Assembly: GCA_964016885.1 (NCBI GenBank)
Contig: OZ024747.1
Span: 12,896,001 to 12,960,000, forward strand
Source of the DNA: Eledone cirrhosa
Taxonomy: Eukaryota
Direction: 5' to 3'
Length of the DNA: 64,000 nucleotides
The notes below the pieces were generated by a model, which saw nothing but the letters and a program-made list of their open reading frames with translations, made no database searches and was not told the DNA's origin. Numbering within the stretch: position 1 is the first letter of the stretch; each line of letters begins with the position of its first letter. Below are positions 1-13,928 of this stretch, piece after piece. Position numbers and translations under genes: made by a program.

Positions 1-213
1 ATTACAGTTTTATCTATGAAATTCTATGTCATCATCCCCTCCCAGTCACCCCTGTAGATCATCTTTGAGAAAATGTTACATTTCTACAGCATTACAGGAA
101 GAGGACCAAGTTCTTTGTCATGTTTGATAAACAACTTTTCTGTCTTCACTTTGGTAAAATGTCACTGAAGAAAGTATTTAGTATTTTTATAACTAGCTAG
201 CAAATATATTTCT

Positions 214-279
<66 letters not shown>

Positions 280-304
280 CTCTGTGAGTAATGTAATCCA
301 TCCA

Positions 305-620
305 TGGGCCTGTAACTCCTGATGGAGTCATTGAGGAATCATAGTAACATATAGTGTGTCTTGAGTACTTTAAACCTGGCAGAGCCCATCCCTGTTCTAG
401 GTCTGAACAGAGCTGATTTCTTCTGGAGAAAGAAAGGGAGTGAAAGTTAGAGATATAGAGGAAGAATGAACCCCAGTACCAAACTGGTACTTTTTTTTTT
501 ATTGAGCTTGAAAGGATGAAAGGCAAAGTTGACTTCTGCGGGATTTGAACTCGGAGTGCAGAGATCTGGAAGAAATACTGCAAAATATTCTATCCCTTAT
601 TATGATAACTCTGTTAATTC
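305..620 (-). mobile_element. Old SINE copy (long-tail subfamily)
   Basis: Reverse complement has B-box-like GAGTTCAAATCCC and GCCTTTCATCCTT...AGTACCAG core. The tail (gtaactcctgatggagtc...aaacctggcagagccc) recurs at ~20390-20710, 20735-20950 and 21460-21720. Confidence 0.6.
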
Positions 621-1304
621 GCTGTTTATAAGGATTGTAAAATTTATGTAAATTTGTGATATTGATCTGAAATGACTGTATACAAAAAAAGCAGAAAAGG
701 TGTGTGTGTGTATATATGTGTGTGTGCTAATTTCTTCAGTAATTGTAGGATGGTGAAGGGTGATGAAGAATGTTTTTAACCCTGCTTAATTCATCTTTGA
801 TGTAAAAATTATTTGACTTTCAAAAGTATTTTAAAAAAAACCTTAGCTTTTAATCATATTTTCAAATGAAGCATTAACAGTAAAGAATTTACAGAAAGAT
901 TTGCTTTGACATAAGTTGTAGACAACATCATACAGTGTATTCAATAGTTATGAATATATTTAGTCACATTTAATCTTTGTGGTGTTTAATCCCAGGTCAG
1001 GTCTGATGGAGCAGACTTATGATCAAAGAAGTTCTTACTGCTGCCATCTTTTTTATTTTGTTTTCAGAAACTGCCTCCTTGTTTTTTGTTTTTGTTTCTA
1101 TGGTTTTATCTGTGTCCATGGCCTTTATCAGCCCCTCTGAGATGGATGAAATGAATGAGGTTGAATATCTGCAAGTTAATGACAGATAGTTACATTGAAG
1201 ATAGGAGAAAGGATTTTCCCATGCAGTCACTCCCAGCTGCAAACATAGGTACTTTGGAATGATATGATACATAGCAGCACATTTTGCTGATAAATGTTAA
1301 TGGT

Positions 1305-1770
1305 TGCAGTGGGAGTACTGTGACCCAGGACAATTGTATTGGGTTGTACTGTCACCCAGGGATGTTTGTAGTGGGAGTACTGTGACTTAGGGAGGCTGTA
1401 GAGTGGGCATTGTCACCCAGGGATGTTTGTAGTGGGAGTACTGTGACCTAGGGAGGCTGTAGAGTGGACATTGTGACCCAGGGATGTTTGTAGTGGGAGT
1501 ACTGTGACTTAGGGAGGCTGTAGAGTGGGCATTGTGACCCAGGGATGTTTGTAGTGGGAGTACTGTGACCTAGGGAGGCTGTAGAGTGGACATTGTGACC
1601 CAAGGATGTTTGTAGTGGGAGTACTGTGACCAAAGATGGCTGTAGAAGGGGCATTGTGACCCAGGATGGCTGCAGAGGGGACATTGTGACCCAGGGATGT
1701 TTGCAGTGTGAGTAGTGTGACCAAGGATGGTTGTATTGGGAAGTATTGTTACTAAGGATGGTTGCAGATT
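1305..1770. repeat. Minisatellite, ~63-64 bp dimeric unit made of two ~31-32 bp subunits
   Basis: Unit gggatgtttgtagtgggagtactgtgac(c/t)tagggaggctgtagagtgg(g/a)cattgtgaccca, repeated ~6-7 times and degenerating at both edges. Confidence 0.9.
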
Positions 1771-3001
1771 TATATCTAGGACTGTATCATTAGGACAACA
1801 TTATCCACTGTGCCCTTCATCTTTTAGGATGATAATGAGTAAATTAAGGGAGACTTGACTACTATTTCTAGCAGGCTGCTCACTGGCTTGGTGGTATTAG
1901 GTGTATTTTGTGATTTAGTTAATTATATTAATTATATGGAAGTTAGTTTGAATTGTAACAGGAATATAGAGTCCTGATCCTTTAGCTGGTTGTGTGTAAT
2001 GTTTTCTTGGAATAGGTGCAGTCATTCTTTGTTGATAGAAGTTCAGCGTTCACTATAAGCAGCTGTCAAAAACACTGGAAACCTTTACACAGAAAATTGA
2101 GGTCAATAATATTTGTAAGACAAACCTGCCCTTGTATTTCAGTATGTCACTGAATAACAAACAACACTTTAATCAAACAGCAGGGATTAATATGTTCTGT
2201 CTCCGGTCTTTACCTGCTACTATACTCCTGATTTACGTGTCTAACCCATGTTAGCATGAAAAACTAGGATGAACCTTGACTGAGCCACCTTTCCTGCTGA
2301 ACCTTAGATACTTTCCCTGTCCTGGCCAGGCTACCATGGAAAGCCAGACACAGAGACCACAATGAGAGACACCACCCATTTGCAGCAATCTAGGCCAGTA
2401 TGAAAAGCTAGGCACACCTAACAAAGTCAGATATCACACGCCCACTTGTCCCAAAGTCACCCCCATGAACCAGTGCCTCCTCCTCCACACTGCACATAGT
2501 GTATAAACAGTTCCCTCCACACACATTTAGACCATCAATGGAAGCCAGACACTCCTCACAATATGTCAGATACAATCCATAAGCTTCATGGCCTCAGCAC
2601 ACAAACATGTCTAAATCATGCAAGAATGGAAAAAAGTGTTGCTGATGATGATATAATATAGGGTTTGAGAGGACTTCAGTCTGGTCTAGCAGATGACAAC
2701 CTCTGTGGTACTGGGGCCACAATAAAATCCACCTAGTACATGATGTAAAGTGGCAGATGATCTAATTAAGAACAAGAGGATCATAATTTCAATTCTTACA
2801 ACATTCAGCTTTGATATTAGTGAGGTTACATGCTTTTTTTTTTTTTATCAAGCACAGTAAGAGAGAGAAAGGAGAGAGAATATTAGTGACCTCTTTATTG
2901 AAAGTGTGTAACTGGTGTTTTTTAGATTCAGGCATTCCCTGAGAGATCACACCTGCGATCAAATGCATGCCACCACGTCTTTTTAGGGTTATAATAATGA
3001 A

Positions 3002-3720
3002 ATTATTGTGTAAAGTGCTCAGGTGCACTACAACTCGTCAAAGATGTATGTATAGTACATATAATAATATACAAATGTCAGGGAAGTGAATAGTATATGA
3101 GTCATGATATACATGTGTGTATGTGTATGGAGGGGGAACATTAGGTGTAGTGTTGGCGAATCTCGGGAAGCATGGAGGTTTTAAAGGATGCAGTGTCTCG
3201 ACAGTTAATAAATGATGCAGGTAGTTTGTTCCATGCTTCAGCAACTCTGAGCGTGAAAAAATGTTTCCGAAAGTCGTGGGAGCTGTGCTGTTTTCTGACT
3301 TTGTGGGCATGCCCACGTGTGTTAGACACATGGAAATCAAAAAGGTACTCAGGGTTGTTGTTGGCAAGATGGTTAACAATTTTGTGGGTGTTTACCAAGT
3401 CAGTTGCCAGGCGTCGGAGCTTCAATGTATCCATGCCCAGGGAAGCAAGGCGTTCAGAGTATGGTAGATGCCTGGTGGAGGGTATTCGCTTGGTTGCACG
3501 TCTCTGAACAGTTTCCAGGCGGTCAATGTTCTGAGCAAGATAGGGGTTCCAGACTGGTGATGCAAATTCTAAGTGTGGCCGCACCATAGCCATGTACAGC
3601 CTTAAATAGATAGCTGGAGAGCGGCTGACAAAGGTCTTGCTGAATGATGCTAAGACACCCTCGGCCCTCTTGACAATTTTAGAGACGTGCTTCGTCCAAC
3701 GCAAATCGCTGCTGACCGTA
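3002..3720 (-). mobile_element. 5'-truncated CR1-clade LINE (RT C-terminal region plus 3' UTR)
   Basis: ORF 3141-3704(-) reads LYMAMVRPHLEFASPVWNPY...LETVQRRATKRIP...YSERLASLG...RRL..DL...TRGH...FFTLRV..AWNKLP, typical of the CR1 ORF2 C-terminus. Confidence 0.9.
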
Positions 3721-4617
3721 TTATCCAGGATTACATTGTTTAATGTGTCCTTAAATTCTTTTCGGATTGTAGGATGTGATTTGAGGAGAATTTGGATGTT
3801 ATTTCTAGTGAGCTAAGTGATCATACTGAGGCTCTGTATAGCATGAGTGCCTTCAGCTACTTTTGCTCTTTTGCTTTAATTTTATGTATTTAGGAAGCCA
3901 AGGATATGAGAGACTTTGTTTAAATAGGTTTGTTTCTGAGAATTAAATGGCCGAAATTTGTTTGTTTTGATTTAAATAATGTTTTTGTTGAATATTTTGT
4001 TAGTGGTTGGCTAGCAGAGCTATAATATTTTTAATACTTAGCTTATAAAAATAAAATTAGAGACAAGAGAAAACAAAACAAAAGATTTTGAGTAATAAAA
4101 TAATTTCCTTTTTGCTTTTTAACATAAATTTTGTCATATAAAATCTCTGTTGTTTGCTGGAAGTGTTTGTCATATATTAGGATGTGACATACTGAGAAAT
4201 ACAAGGGTAGGTTGTTAGTCTAACAAGTATTACTGACTGACCTCAATTTTCTTTCAGTCATTCCTTTTATTGTCATAAACAGCATTCTTTAACTAGAAAC
4301 ACTAAAGGTATTTCCTCCTTTGTCTATATGTTTTTAAACATTATTTATAGTTATATCAACCTTCATAGAACTAATTACTATCTTATTTTTTTAGTTTAAA
4401 TTTTAAGATTTTCTCTGAATAAAAATACTTTTGTTTTGTCTATAATTGAGAACAATGAGGCCCCCCTTTCCCCCTTTCAACATATCTTGCAGTAACTGTA
4501 GGCTTATATTGAGGTGTGAATGTAGCAGATATTTTGTTGCTATTGTTATTCAAATGAAGCTAGGATTAAGTAACTAATTCAATAACCTAGTTTGTCCAGT
4601 TATATGTATGTTTACTT

Positions 4618-4850
4618 TCATAAATAAAAACATTCAAAATTCTTTTAAAACTTATCTAATTTGTTAAATTGGATTTAATTTTTATCCTTACAGGGTCGAG
4701 AAAATAATGTACCAGTAATGCACTGGAGTAGAAATATCATAAATAAAAACATTCAAAATTCTTTTAAAACTTACCTAATTTGTTAAATTGGATTTAATTT
4801 TTATCCTTACAGGGTCAATAAAATAAAGTACCAGTAATGCACTGAGATAG
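4618..4850 (+). repeat. 119-bp local tandem duplication including a SINE core fragment
   Basis: tcataaataaaaacattcaaaattcttttaaaac...ttatccttacagggtc...taccagtaatgcactg occurs at 4618 and again at 4737. Confidence 0.85.
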
Positions 4851-5186
4851 ATTTAATCGACTTTCCCCTCCCTCAAAATTGTTGGCCTTGTGCCTAAATC
4901 AGAAGCCATTCTCAAAAAATGTAGTTATTAGGATAATATTAATTTATAATTAAGGCACGAGTCCAACAAAATTGATTAAATCAACCTCAAGTATTTTGGC
5001 AGGTGCTTTATTTTAATGACCCCAGAAGGATGGAAGGCAATGTTAACCTTGGCAGAATTTGAACTCAGAATTGGTATTTTATCCCACACAATACCAATTC
5101 TGCCAATCAATCACTCTATGATATATATTTATGCAAATGAAGATTGACATCTCACTTGTACATACAAAATTAGAAACCATTATTAA

Positions 5187-5352
5187 GGGGTGGTAGATTG
5201 GCAGTATCGGTAGAGGGTCGGACACCATGCTTTGATGCATAGAGTTACGGCCCTTGCCATTCTGAGTTCAAATCCCAGCGAGGTTAACTTTGCCTTTCAT
5301 CCTTACGGGGTCAATAAAATAGAGTACCAGTAATGCAAAAGTAGAAATAATT
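5187..5352 (+). mobile_element. tRNA-type SINE (family A)
   Basis: A-box-like TGGCAGTATCGG, B-box GAGTTCAAATCCC and conserved core GCCTTTCATCCTTACGGGGTCRATAAAATARAGTACCAG. Several near-identical copies occur in the window. Confidence 0.8.
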
Positions 5353-5940
5353 ATTACAGCAGAGATAACTAAAGTGGGCCACCAATACCACGGAAAGAGT
5401 ATCACTTTGGATATTTTAGAGTATTTAGTTTTGTTTTGTGGCTTTCTAGTTCAAGTCTTGTGTTAGGATGACTTAGCCTTTCATCTTTCAGAGGTTGATA
5501 AAATAAATCCAGTCATCTACTGAGGTCAATACCTCCCACTCCCTCTTTGACAAATTCTTATATTCTGCACAATCTAAGAATAATTATGAAATTATCGTAC
5601 GAGTGTTAAAATGTAGGTTCATTCAAAAGTTAGCAGGAAATACATAAGGAAGAAAGTTTCTGTATGTAGCAACTATCTTAACAGAAAACTGAAGAAAGTG
5701 AGTAAAAGTGGCTGATAAAATCAGAATTGACAGGCTGAAAAGATATTCTGAATATATTGAGAGTGGTGTAGTAGCGTTTGTGATTTGTTTAGAGAATTTT
5801 GACAGAAATATCTTAGATTCTATGTGAATGTGAGTCTTTTTGAAAGAGGTTGTCATAAGGACACAAACCAAAATAATGTACTGTAATGTAGCAGCTGACA
5901 TGTAATTGTGATGTTTTATATGAATGCCAGGTCAGATTAA

Positions 5941-6158
5941 CCCTTTAGTATTTGAACCGGCCATATCTGGCCAAAATTCTCTCACCTCTTTCTGTTCAAA
6001 CCAGCTGTAACTGGTCACTCATACTGATGTTAAGGTATTGTTCTCAAAATAAATATCAAAATCTCATAGATTCGATATTATGTGAGATGATTATGTGAGT
6101 TAAAGCTTTTACCACGAAAATACGATAGTAAATATAGAGTAATGTAAATGCTAAAGGG
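5941..6158. mobile_element. piggyBac-type MITE (family P1)
   Basis: TTAA|CCCTTTAGTATTT ... AAATGCTAAAGGG|TTAA, i.e. TIRs with TTAA target duplication. Homologous copies at 43500-43711 and 47145-47377. Confidence 0.85.
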
Positions 6159-6384
6159 TTAATTCTGTTACAGGATTTTAACCCTTTTTAATAACATATT
6201 TCTAATAAGATGCTCCCTATGGTTTTCAAATAATTTTGATAATAATCAGGAATTTGGATGGATTTAGTAATATAACTAACTTTCTTCTTATTAAGTTGAT
6301 GTTTGGAATATAACTTAAAGCTTCTTTATTAAAATTACAGTGGAAGGATTTTAAATAAATATAGGGGTGTAAGGTGGTTGTGTT

Positions 6385-6705
6385 GGTGACATGACAAAAA
6401 GCACCCAGTTCACTCTGTATGGTGGTCATTTTGGTGCCATGATAAAAAGCACACAGTCAACATGGTTGGTGTTAGGAAAGGCATCCAGCCACAGAAACCA
6501 AGTCAAAATACAGATCAATATGAACACGATGTGGTTGGCATTAGGAAGAGCATCCTGTTGCAGAAACCTTGCCAGAAACAGCCCTAATATGAGTAAGACA
6601 TGGTCACCTGACTCAACTTACCTCAAATGGGACGACCCGTCTAACCCATGCTAGCGTGGAAAATTGATGCTAAATGATAATGATGATAATGATGATGATG
6701 ATGGA
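6385..6705 (+). mobile_element. RTE-tail repeat (non-autonomous or truncated RTE LINE 3' end)
   Basis: ggtgcca..aaaagcac modules, tggtgttaggaaaggcatccagc, acccgtctaacccatgctagcgtggaa and (GAT)n tail. Other copies near 7560-8150, 15000-15410, 21880-22015, 24350-24612 and 45340-45670. Confidence 0.7.
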
Positions 6706-9582
6706 TATAAACATGAAATATCTCTGGTGATATTTAAGTTTGCAAAATCTACGCTATTCAAACTAGCTTGGATTTGATAGAAAAGAATTAAGGGGAACAA
6801 AACGATGATGGATTTGAAAAGAGATAGAGAAACAACTTGCTATTTTATAAATTATTTGTAGAGTTTCTGGATGGTTATTGTGTTTCTTTCAGCTGTTGTT
6901 GGTATGGTACCTATTGTTGTTCTATTTCTGATTTTGTTTCTCAACAGAACTCTTTGAAAATTGAATGTAAATAAGCAATTGTAAAACATCACTATCACAA
7001 ATATTCTTTTTTCTATCTATTATCATTACATCCACAATAATTTCTTACAGATAGCACCCCATTACGGTTTTATTCAAATATTTTACCAACATATTTTTGA
7101 TTGGAATTAATTTCCTCTCAAAGAAAGTGGTTAATTAATTAATCAATACTTGGGTATATATGTTGTATATATGTTATTTTTTGTATATATATTATTTTGT
7201 AACATAAATACATTGTATATATAATGCTTGTATACATGTTACTTTGTTATTTGAACTTTTATACAGGAAATATTACACAAGTATGTGAAAAGCTTTTGGT
7301 TGAATTAAGAATTGGAGTTGTTGTAAGGACTGCTGACAACTGAATAGATTTAGGTGGCAATTAAATAAATTCTTTTGTGCATCATTTAAAGTTATATGAT
7401 ATAGGCTAATTAGTGCATTGCATCTCTTACTTCACTTTCAGTCTCCAAAGAATTGATGTCTGAGATTAGCTAATTAAAAGATTCATATTTCTGTAAAGCT
7501 GTGTGTTTCCTGGTTTTTAGAACAGGCACACCATATTCCTGTGTGTCATGAAAGGCAGCAAAAAAGGTTTGCATTAGAAAGGGCTCCCAGCTGTAGAAAC
7601 CAAGCCAAAAGCAGAACTGTATGATCAGGGCATAGTGACCTGACCTAGCATTTCTCGCTTCAGGATAACTAGTTTAACTCGTGCTAGCATGGAAAAATGG
7701 ACGTTAAACGATGATGATGATAATGATGATGATATTTCTATAAAGCTATGTGTATCCTGCCTTTTAGAATAAGCACACCATATCCCTGTATGTTGTAAGA
7801 ATCAGCAAAAAAGGTTCACATTAGAAAGGGCATACAACTGTAAAACATTGTCTTAAACTATCATATTCAAACCCATGCCAGTATAGAAGAGTGGATATAA
7901 AAAAGACAACGATGACGAAGCTATATATATATATAATTAGATAACATGGGAGGACCCTTCAGTTTGTATCAAAAGACATGACAACCTCTCCTTTGCACTC
8001 AATAGAACATATGACCATACGTAAGTGAGATGCAGACCCCCTAGCTTGTCTGAGAGGTCAGTAGCTCCACTTCAGTACTGATTTAGTCTATGTAGATCTG
8101 TCCAACCCTTTCTATCAGGGAAAGCAGATGTTAAACGATGATGATGATGCTAGAATAGAGAAAGAAAAGTAAAACAGTTACAAAAACCAGTTAGTATGAA
8201 TTGTCATGCATAAAGTAGAATTTTCATTTTACTATTAAATAACAAGAAATATACATAGTATGGCTGGAAAAGTCATAAAAAAAGATGGTTATAGAATAGT
8301 TTGTATTCATAAATATCTGAATAACATTTAAAATTGAAATAAATATTTTATATTATACAATTTTTTGTCTGTTTTTGGTTTGGAGACATTAATCAGTTAG
8401 ACAAAAGAGCAGGTGAAATGTTTCAGTCATTACTATGTAGAGATATTATTACAATGTTCAATCCTGTAAGATTTTTTATAAGTACTATTTTCTATTCTTT
8501 TTTTGCCAGCTCATTAAATATTTATTTAAAACTGAATTTTAATTTTCTTTTCATAAGATAATATTTATTCCTCAAAAATTAAATAAACAAAACAATCAAG
8601 CAAATAAACAAATTAATTTTTTTAAAATGTTTTAATTTAACTCTTAACATCCTGTTTCACATGAAACTGCATCAGCCAAGCATTCTTAAAAAGTACAAAA
8701 CCACTGATTGCATCACATAAAAAATTAGTTTTTACTCTAATACTGCAAATTTTCACAACAATGCTATAAAGAAACATTTATATTCAGATACTATAAACAT
8801 TTGAATTAACAAACAAGTCTTTTGATATTTTCTGCTAAATCATTACAAGATATTAAGTGTTGTTTTTTTTTTTTATTGATCCAAATTGACAAGATTCCAA
8901 ACTTCATTCGCTTACCAAGTGGGTGGAACTTGTCAAATTGGACCAAGGAAACTGTTTCCATTGGTCTTAGCTAATGTTATCTACCAGTTGCATCTCCTGG
9001 CAGACGGAACAACATGAAATAAAGTGTCTTGCTCAAAGGTATAATGCATAACTTGACCTGGGAATCAAACTCACAACCTCGCAAGTGTGAATCCGAATAT
9101 CTAACCACTAAGCTAGGCTCCTTAACTAAGTATTAAGCTACATTTATATATATCCATTCTATGTTGCACTTTGAGGGGAATCTTAGTACTCTTGCTCTCT
9201 AAATAGGAGGTAGTAGAAAGAAATATCCTGTTTGTTAGCTTTATATGACAACTGTAATGTATTGAAACCTGAAAGTAATACATTATAAGTTGGTGTTGCT
9301 GTTCCATCTATTGTTGCTGGATGGTTCTAGTCAATTCTCACCCAAAAGACATTAGATGGTATGAGATATAAATAAAAGCTATAACTTCTTACTTCTTTCT
9401 TTTTATATCTACTTTCTTTTTTGTTTATTGTTTCCATTAAGACCACTACTGTTCAGCAAAAGCTATATTCAGTCTACCATGATTTAAGTTAGTGTTACAA
9501 CATAATACTACTTATTCTGTCATTTGTTCTTGATTGCTTACAAGGTTGTTTGGCATTTAAAGTTGGCTACTTCATATCTGCA

Positions 9583-11122
9583 TGGATGGCTGCCTGATGG
9601 TGTAGTTGGCCTGTATAACGATGGATGGCTAGGTGATGGTGTAGTTGGCCTGTATAACGATGGATGGCTAGGTGATGGTGTAGTTAGCCTGTATAACGAT
9701 AGATGGCTAGGTGATGGTGTAGTTGGCCTGTATAACGATGGATGGCTGCCTGATGGTGTAGTTGGCCTGTATAACGATGGATGGCTAGGTGATGGTGTAG
9801 TTGGTCTGTTTAATAATTGTTTCTACTTTTGGCCAGGAATTACCCAGTACATTACTGGTACTTTATTTTATCGACCCCGTAAGGATGAAAGGCAAAATTA
9901 ACCTCGATGGGATTTGAACTCAGACCGTAAAGGGACGTAACTATGCTGGAAAGCATGGCATCCAACCCTCCACCGATACTGCCAATTCACTGCCCTGTTT
10001 AATAATGGATGGCTCCCTGATGGTCTAGTTGGTCTGTACAATGATGGATGGTTAGGTGATGGTCTAGTTGGTCTGTACAATGATGGATGGTTAGGTGATG
10101 GTCTAGTTGGTCTGTACAATGATGGATGGTTAGGTGATGGTCTAGTTGGTCTGTACAATGATGGATGGTTAGGTGATGGTCTAGTTGGTCTATACAATGA
10201 TGGATGGTTAGTTGACGGTCTAGTTGGTCTGTACAATGATGGATGGTTAGGTGATGGTCTAGTTGGTCTATACAATGATGGATGGTTAGGTGATGGTCTA
10301 GTTGGTCTGTACAATGATGGATGGTTAGGTGATGGTGTAGTTGGTCTGTACAATGATGGATGGTTAGGTGATGGTCTAGTTGGTCTGTACAATGATGGAT
10401 GGTTAGGTGATGGTGTAGTTGGTCTGTACAATGATGGATGGTTAGGTGATGGTCTAGTTGGTCTGTACAATGATGGATGGTTAGGTGATGGTCTAGTTGG
10501 TCTATACAATGATGGATGGTTAGGTGATGGTCTAGTTGGTCTGTACAATGATGGATGGTTAGGTGATGGTCTAGTTGGTCTGTACAATGATGGATGGTTA
10601 GGTGATGGTCTAGTTGGTCTGTACAATGATGGATGGTTAGGTGATGGTCTAGTTGGTCTGTACAATGATGGATGGTTAGGTGATGGTCTAGTTGGTCTGT
10701 ACAATGATGGATGGTTAGGTGATGGTCTAGTTGGTCTATACAATGATGGATGGTTAGGTGATGGTCTAGTTGGTCTGTACAATGATGGATGGTTAGGTGA
10801 TGGTCTAGTTGGTCTGTACAATGATGGATGGTTAGGTGATGGTCTAGTTGGTCTGTACAATGATGGATGGTTAGGTGATGGTGTAGTTGGTCTGTACAAT
10901 GATGGATGGTTAGGTGATGGTGTAGTTGGTCTGTACAATGATGGATGGTTAGGTGATGGTCTAGTTGGTCTGTACAATGATGGATGGTTAGGTGATGGTG
11001 TAGTTGGTCTGTACAATGATGGATGGTTAGGTGATGGTCTAGTTGGTCTATACAATGATGGATGGTTAGGTGATGGTCTAGTTGGTCTGTACAATGATGG
11101 ATGGTTAGGTGATGGTCTAGTT
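9583..11122. repeat. 39-bp minisatellite interrupted by a SINE
   Basis: Unit gatggatggttaggtgatggtctagttggtctgtacaat, ~28 copies at 10003-11122 plus ~6 variant copies at 9583-9810. Explains the spurious 398-aa ORF. Confidence 0.95.
9818..9995 (-). mobile_element. Family A SINE inserted into the 39-bp minisatellite
   Basis: Reverse complement of family A, flanked by target-site duplication ctgtttaataat (~9806-9817 and ~9995-10006). Confidence 0.85.
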
Positions 11123-11229
11123 AATTATGCATGGATGGTTGGTTAGAATACTGACTTAGTTAATGTTCAAGTATATCAAGGCTCTCATTTCAGTTTAAAA
11201 TTGTGGCATAAAATACAGTTTTTAGAAAC

Positions 11230-11491
11230 TATTGTGTACAGTGCTCAGGTGCACTACAACTTGTCAAAGGTGTATGTATAGTACATAGAATAATACACAA
11301 ATGTCAGGGAAGTGAATAGTGTATGAGTCATGGTATACATGTGTGTATGTGTATGGAGGGGGGAACATTACGTGTAGTGTTGGCGGATCTCGGGAAGCAT
11401 GGAGGCCTTAAAGGATGCAGTGTCTCGACAGCTAACAACTGATGCACGTAGTTTGTTCCATGCTTCAGCAACTCTGAGCGTGAAAAAATGT
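11230..11491 (-). mobile_element. CR1 LINE 3' end, second copy of the 3002-3720 family
   Basis: Near-identical to 3005-3263 (gtgctcaggtgcactacaact...gcaactctgagcgtgaaaaaatg). Confidence 0.9.
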
Positions 11492-11518
11492 GTATTTTTA
11501 ACTTGTATGTATGTATAT

Positions 11519-12380
11519 AGGTATGTATGATGACATGAGAGCATGGGTTTACATCAATGGTGAGGTCTTAGAATCTTTCTCAGTTGAGACAGGCACGAAA
11601 CCTGCTTGCTCCGACTTTGTTTGCTATCTTCCTAGCAGTTGTTTAGTTAAAAGCATTCACCAACACCGATATTTGCACACACGCACACACGCACACACGT
11701 ACATACGCACACATGCACACACGTACATACGTATGTATGTATGTATATATATATATATAATCCATGCTAGCGTGGAAGCTAGACGTTAAATGATGATATA
11801 TATATATATATATATATATATCTGCTCAGATCTAACTGTCGAAATGGCTAGACGTTGGGGTCCTGACTGTTTTCCTATATATATATATATGCTATAGACC
11901 AACAGGAGGGCTCTTTATCATTTGGCAATTCCTTGCTGTATCAAAAACATATATTGTATTGATATGTGATCTTTATGCAAATGACTATGGTCTTGTTAGC
12001 CACATGGAAGAAGACCTTCAACTTCTGATAGACTGCTTCTCAGCAGCGTGTGATGAGTTTGGGCTGGAAAAGTCAGTGGTGATAAACCAACATGTACCCA
12101 GAAAGCCATATATTCCACCATCCATATCTGTCAAAATGAAACTATTGAAGGTTGCGCATAACTTCATCTACCTAGGTGGTACCCTCCCCAGAACCAACAT
12201 CCTTCATGATGTAATCTACTGAATGCCTAAAGCTTCTGATGCTTTTGGTAAGCTGGAGAAGCACCTGTGGTCACAGTCAAATATCAGTGTGTGTACAAAA
12301 GTTGAAGTGTATCAACCATGTTTGCTTACAGCCTTGCTGTATGGATGTGGGACATGTACAACATTCTGTGGGCATATTCA
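11519..12380 (+). mobile_element. Degenerate RTE/BovB-like LINE reverse-transcriptase fragment, split by a (TA)n insertion zone
   Basis: MYDDMRAWVYINGEVLESFSVETG and DLYANDYGLVSHMEEDLQLLIDCFSAACDEFGL...NFIYLGG (decayed LFADD motif and FxYLGS), with stops and frameshifts. Confidence 0.75.
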
Positions 12381-12409
12381 GTGTAGCCTTCTTTATTGAA
12401 CCCTACATT

Positions 12410-12625
12410 TGACTCCATTCACACCCAGGTTTCCTCTCTTCTAAACTCTATTGTTTATGCATATTGATATTATATATCCAGTAAAGCATGCTCACCTCAT
12501 TTCCTTCCAGCCGCTGCAGATAATTCTGTATTGAAAGGCCTATGTCTCCCTACCATGCAGCATTGCAGTTCTTATACAAGCATCGTATAGTCTTCTCTTT
12601 ACTGACAGAATAAAACCTTGCATGT
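12410..12625 (-). mobile_element. Degenerate RTE-type LINE fragment
   Basis: LSVKRRLYDACIRTAMLHGRET resembles the RTE post-RT motif K.(R/K)LY...VR.AMLYGSETW. Confidence 0.6.
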
Positions 12626-13826
12626 AGTCCACATGTGAGGAAGAACTCAATGCTATAAACAGAGTAGTAAACACAAGCTCTGTTGAAACATTGTGGCTAT
12701 GCTGTAAAAATATGAATATATTTGTAATTGATTTTTTTCCCATCCTCTCTCCCTCTGTACGCACACTCAACACATACACTTTCTTCCCCTATTTCCTCTC
12801 CTCTCTTTCATGTATTCATACACACAGTTCCCACTGCTTTTATTGTATTTATTTGCACTTAGGTAGACTGGTCAATTGAGAGATACCAGACACAGTGCAG
12901 TCTCAATGGCGAGATATATTGTAATACCCATAGCAACTTGGAAGTTAAAACAATCTTAACCTAGAATTATTTCAGCTGAAATAACACGGCCAAAAATGTT
13001 ACTAAACAATAAAGTTATATCTCTTTTCTAAGGATAAATAAAAAATGATATTGTACAGACCTGCCAACCTGTAAAAAACTAAATGGGGACTACCATGAAA
13101 AAAGTGCCCCAAAACAGGGAAATGAAGCAAAATGGGGAGATTTTTCATAATGAAATCTATACCCATTTTCACAAGAGAAGACATATTTCACCCACCCCAA
13201 AGACGGGAGAGAGTTGACAGGTCTGATTGTATGTTGGCATTTATATCCAACTTCAGAGATGTTTGTTGGTGAAAAGCTGGAGAAGAATATTATTTTAATT
13301 TGGATTGTACTAGTCTGGCAAGTGATAAATCAATCAGTGTATTGAAACTAAAACAATTACAGTGTAAAAGAGAATACATTTTAATCATTTTAAACACACA
13401 AAAACTGAACTTTACATTATATTTATCATTTATTCCCTAGTGTCAGAGTGGAACAATATCAATAACCAGATCGTAGACAGTGCAACAAAAATTTCGAAAA
13501 CAGGAAATAAAAGATTATAATTCACTATTTTTGTGTTTTTAAACCAGGGGTCGATAAAATAAAGTACCAGTAATGCACTGGGTAATTGCTGGCCTTGTGC
13601 CAAAAGTAGAAACAATTATAACTCTTCTGTGTATTATAATTATCATTTTAAGAAACATTATCTAAGGGAGAGAACTCAACATTTTAATGACTGGTCCTGT
13701 ATTCATTTCGTGACACACGCTTAAACGTTGTACAGACAATTGTGTTAGAGGGGAAACTACAGCGCCCCTTGTGGCGTGTAATAAAGTATGCATGTCCCCC
13801 CAACCCTTTTTGCCTTCACACACACA

Positions 13827-13928
13827 CAGGGTGTCCCCCAAAAATGTATACACATTTCAACAGTACTCTAATAAATATTGCCTGTACAGGTAATCAAAGT
13901 ATATATACATTTTTTGGGGGACACCCAG
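13827..13928. mobile_element. Tc1/mariner-type MITE (~100 bp)
   Basis: TIRs CAGGGTGTCCCCCAAAAATGTATA ... TATACATTTTTTGGGGGACACCCAG followed by TA. Confidence 0.75.

Noticed and set aside
9898-11094. 398-aa ORF of RPSPNHPSLYRPT repeats
   Set aside because: A product of the 39-bp minisatellite (a multiple of 3) that runs into a SINE, with no coding context.
13776-13796. CTCF-like motif actacagcgccccttgtggc
   Set aside because: One base short of the CCASYAGRKGGCRS spacing, and unsupported without ChIP or conservation data.
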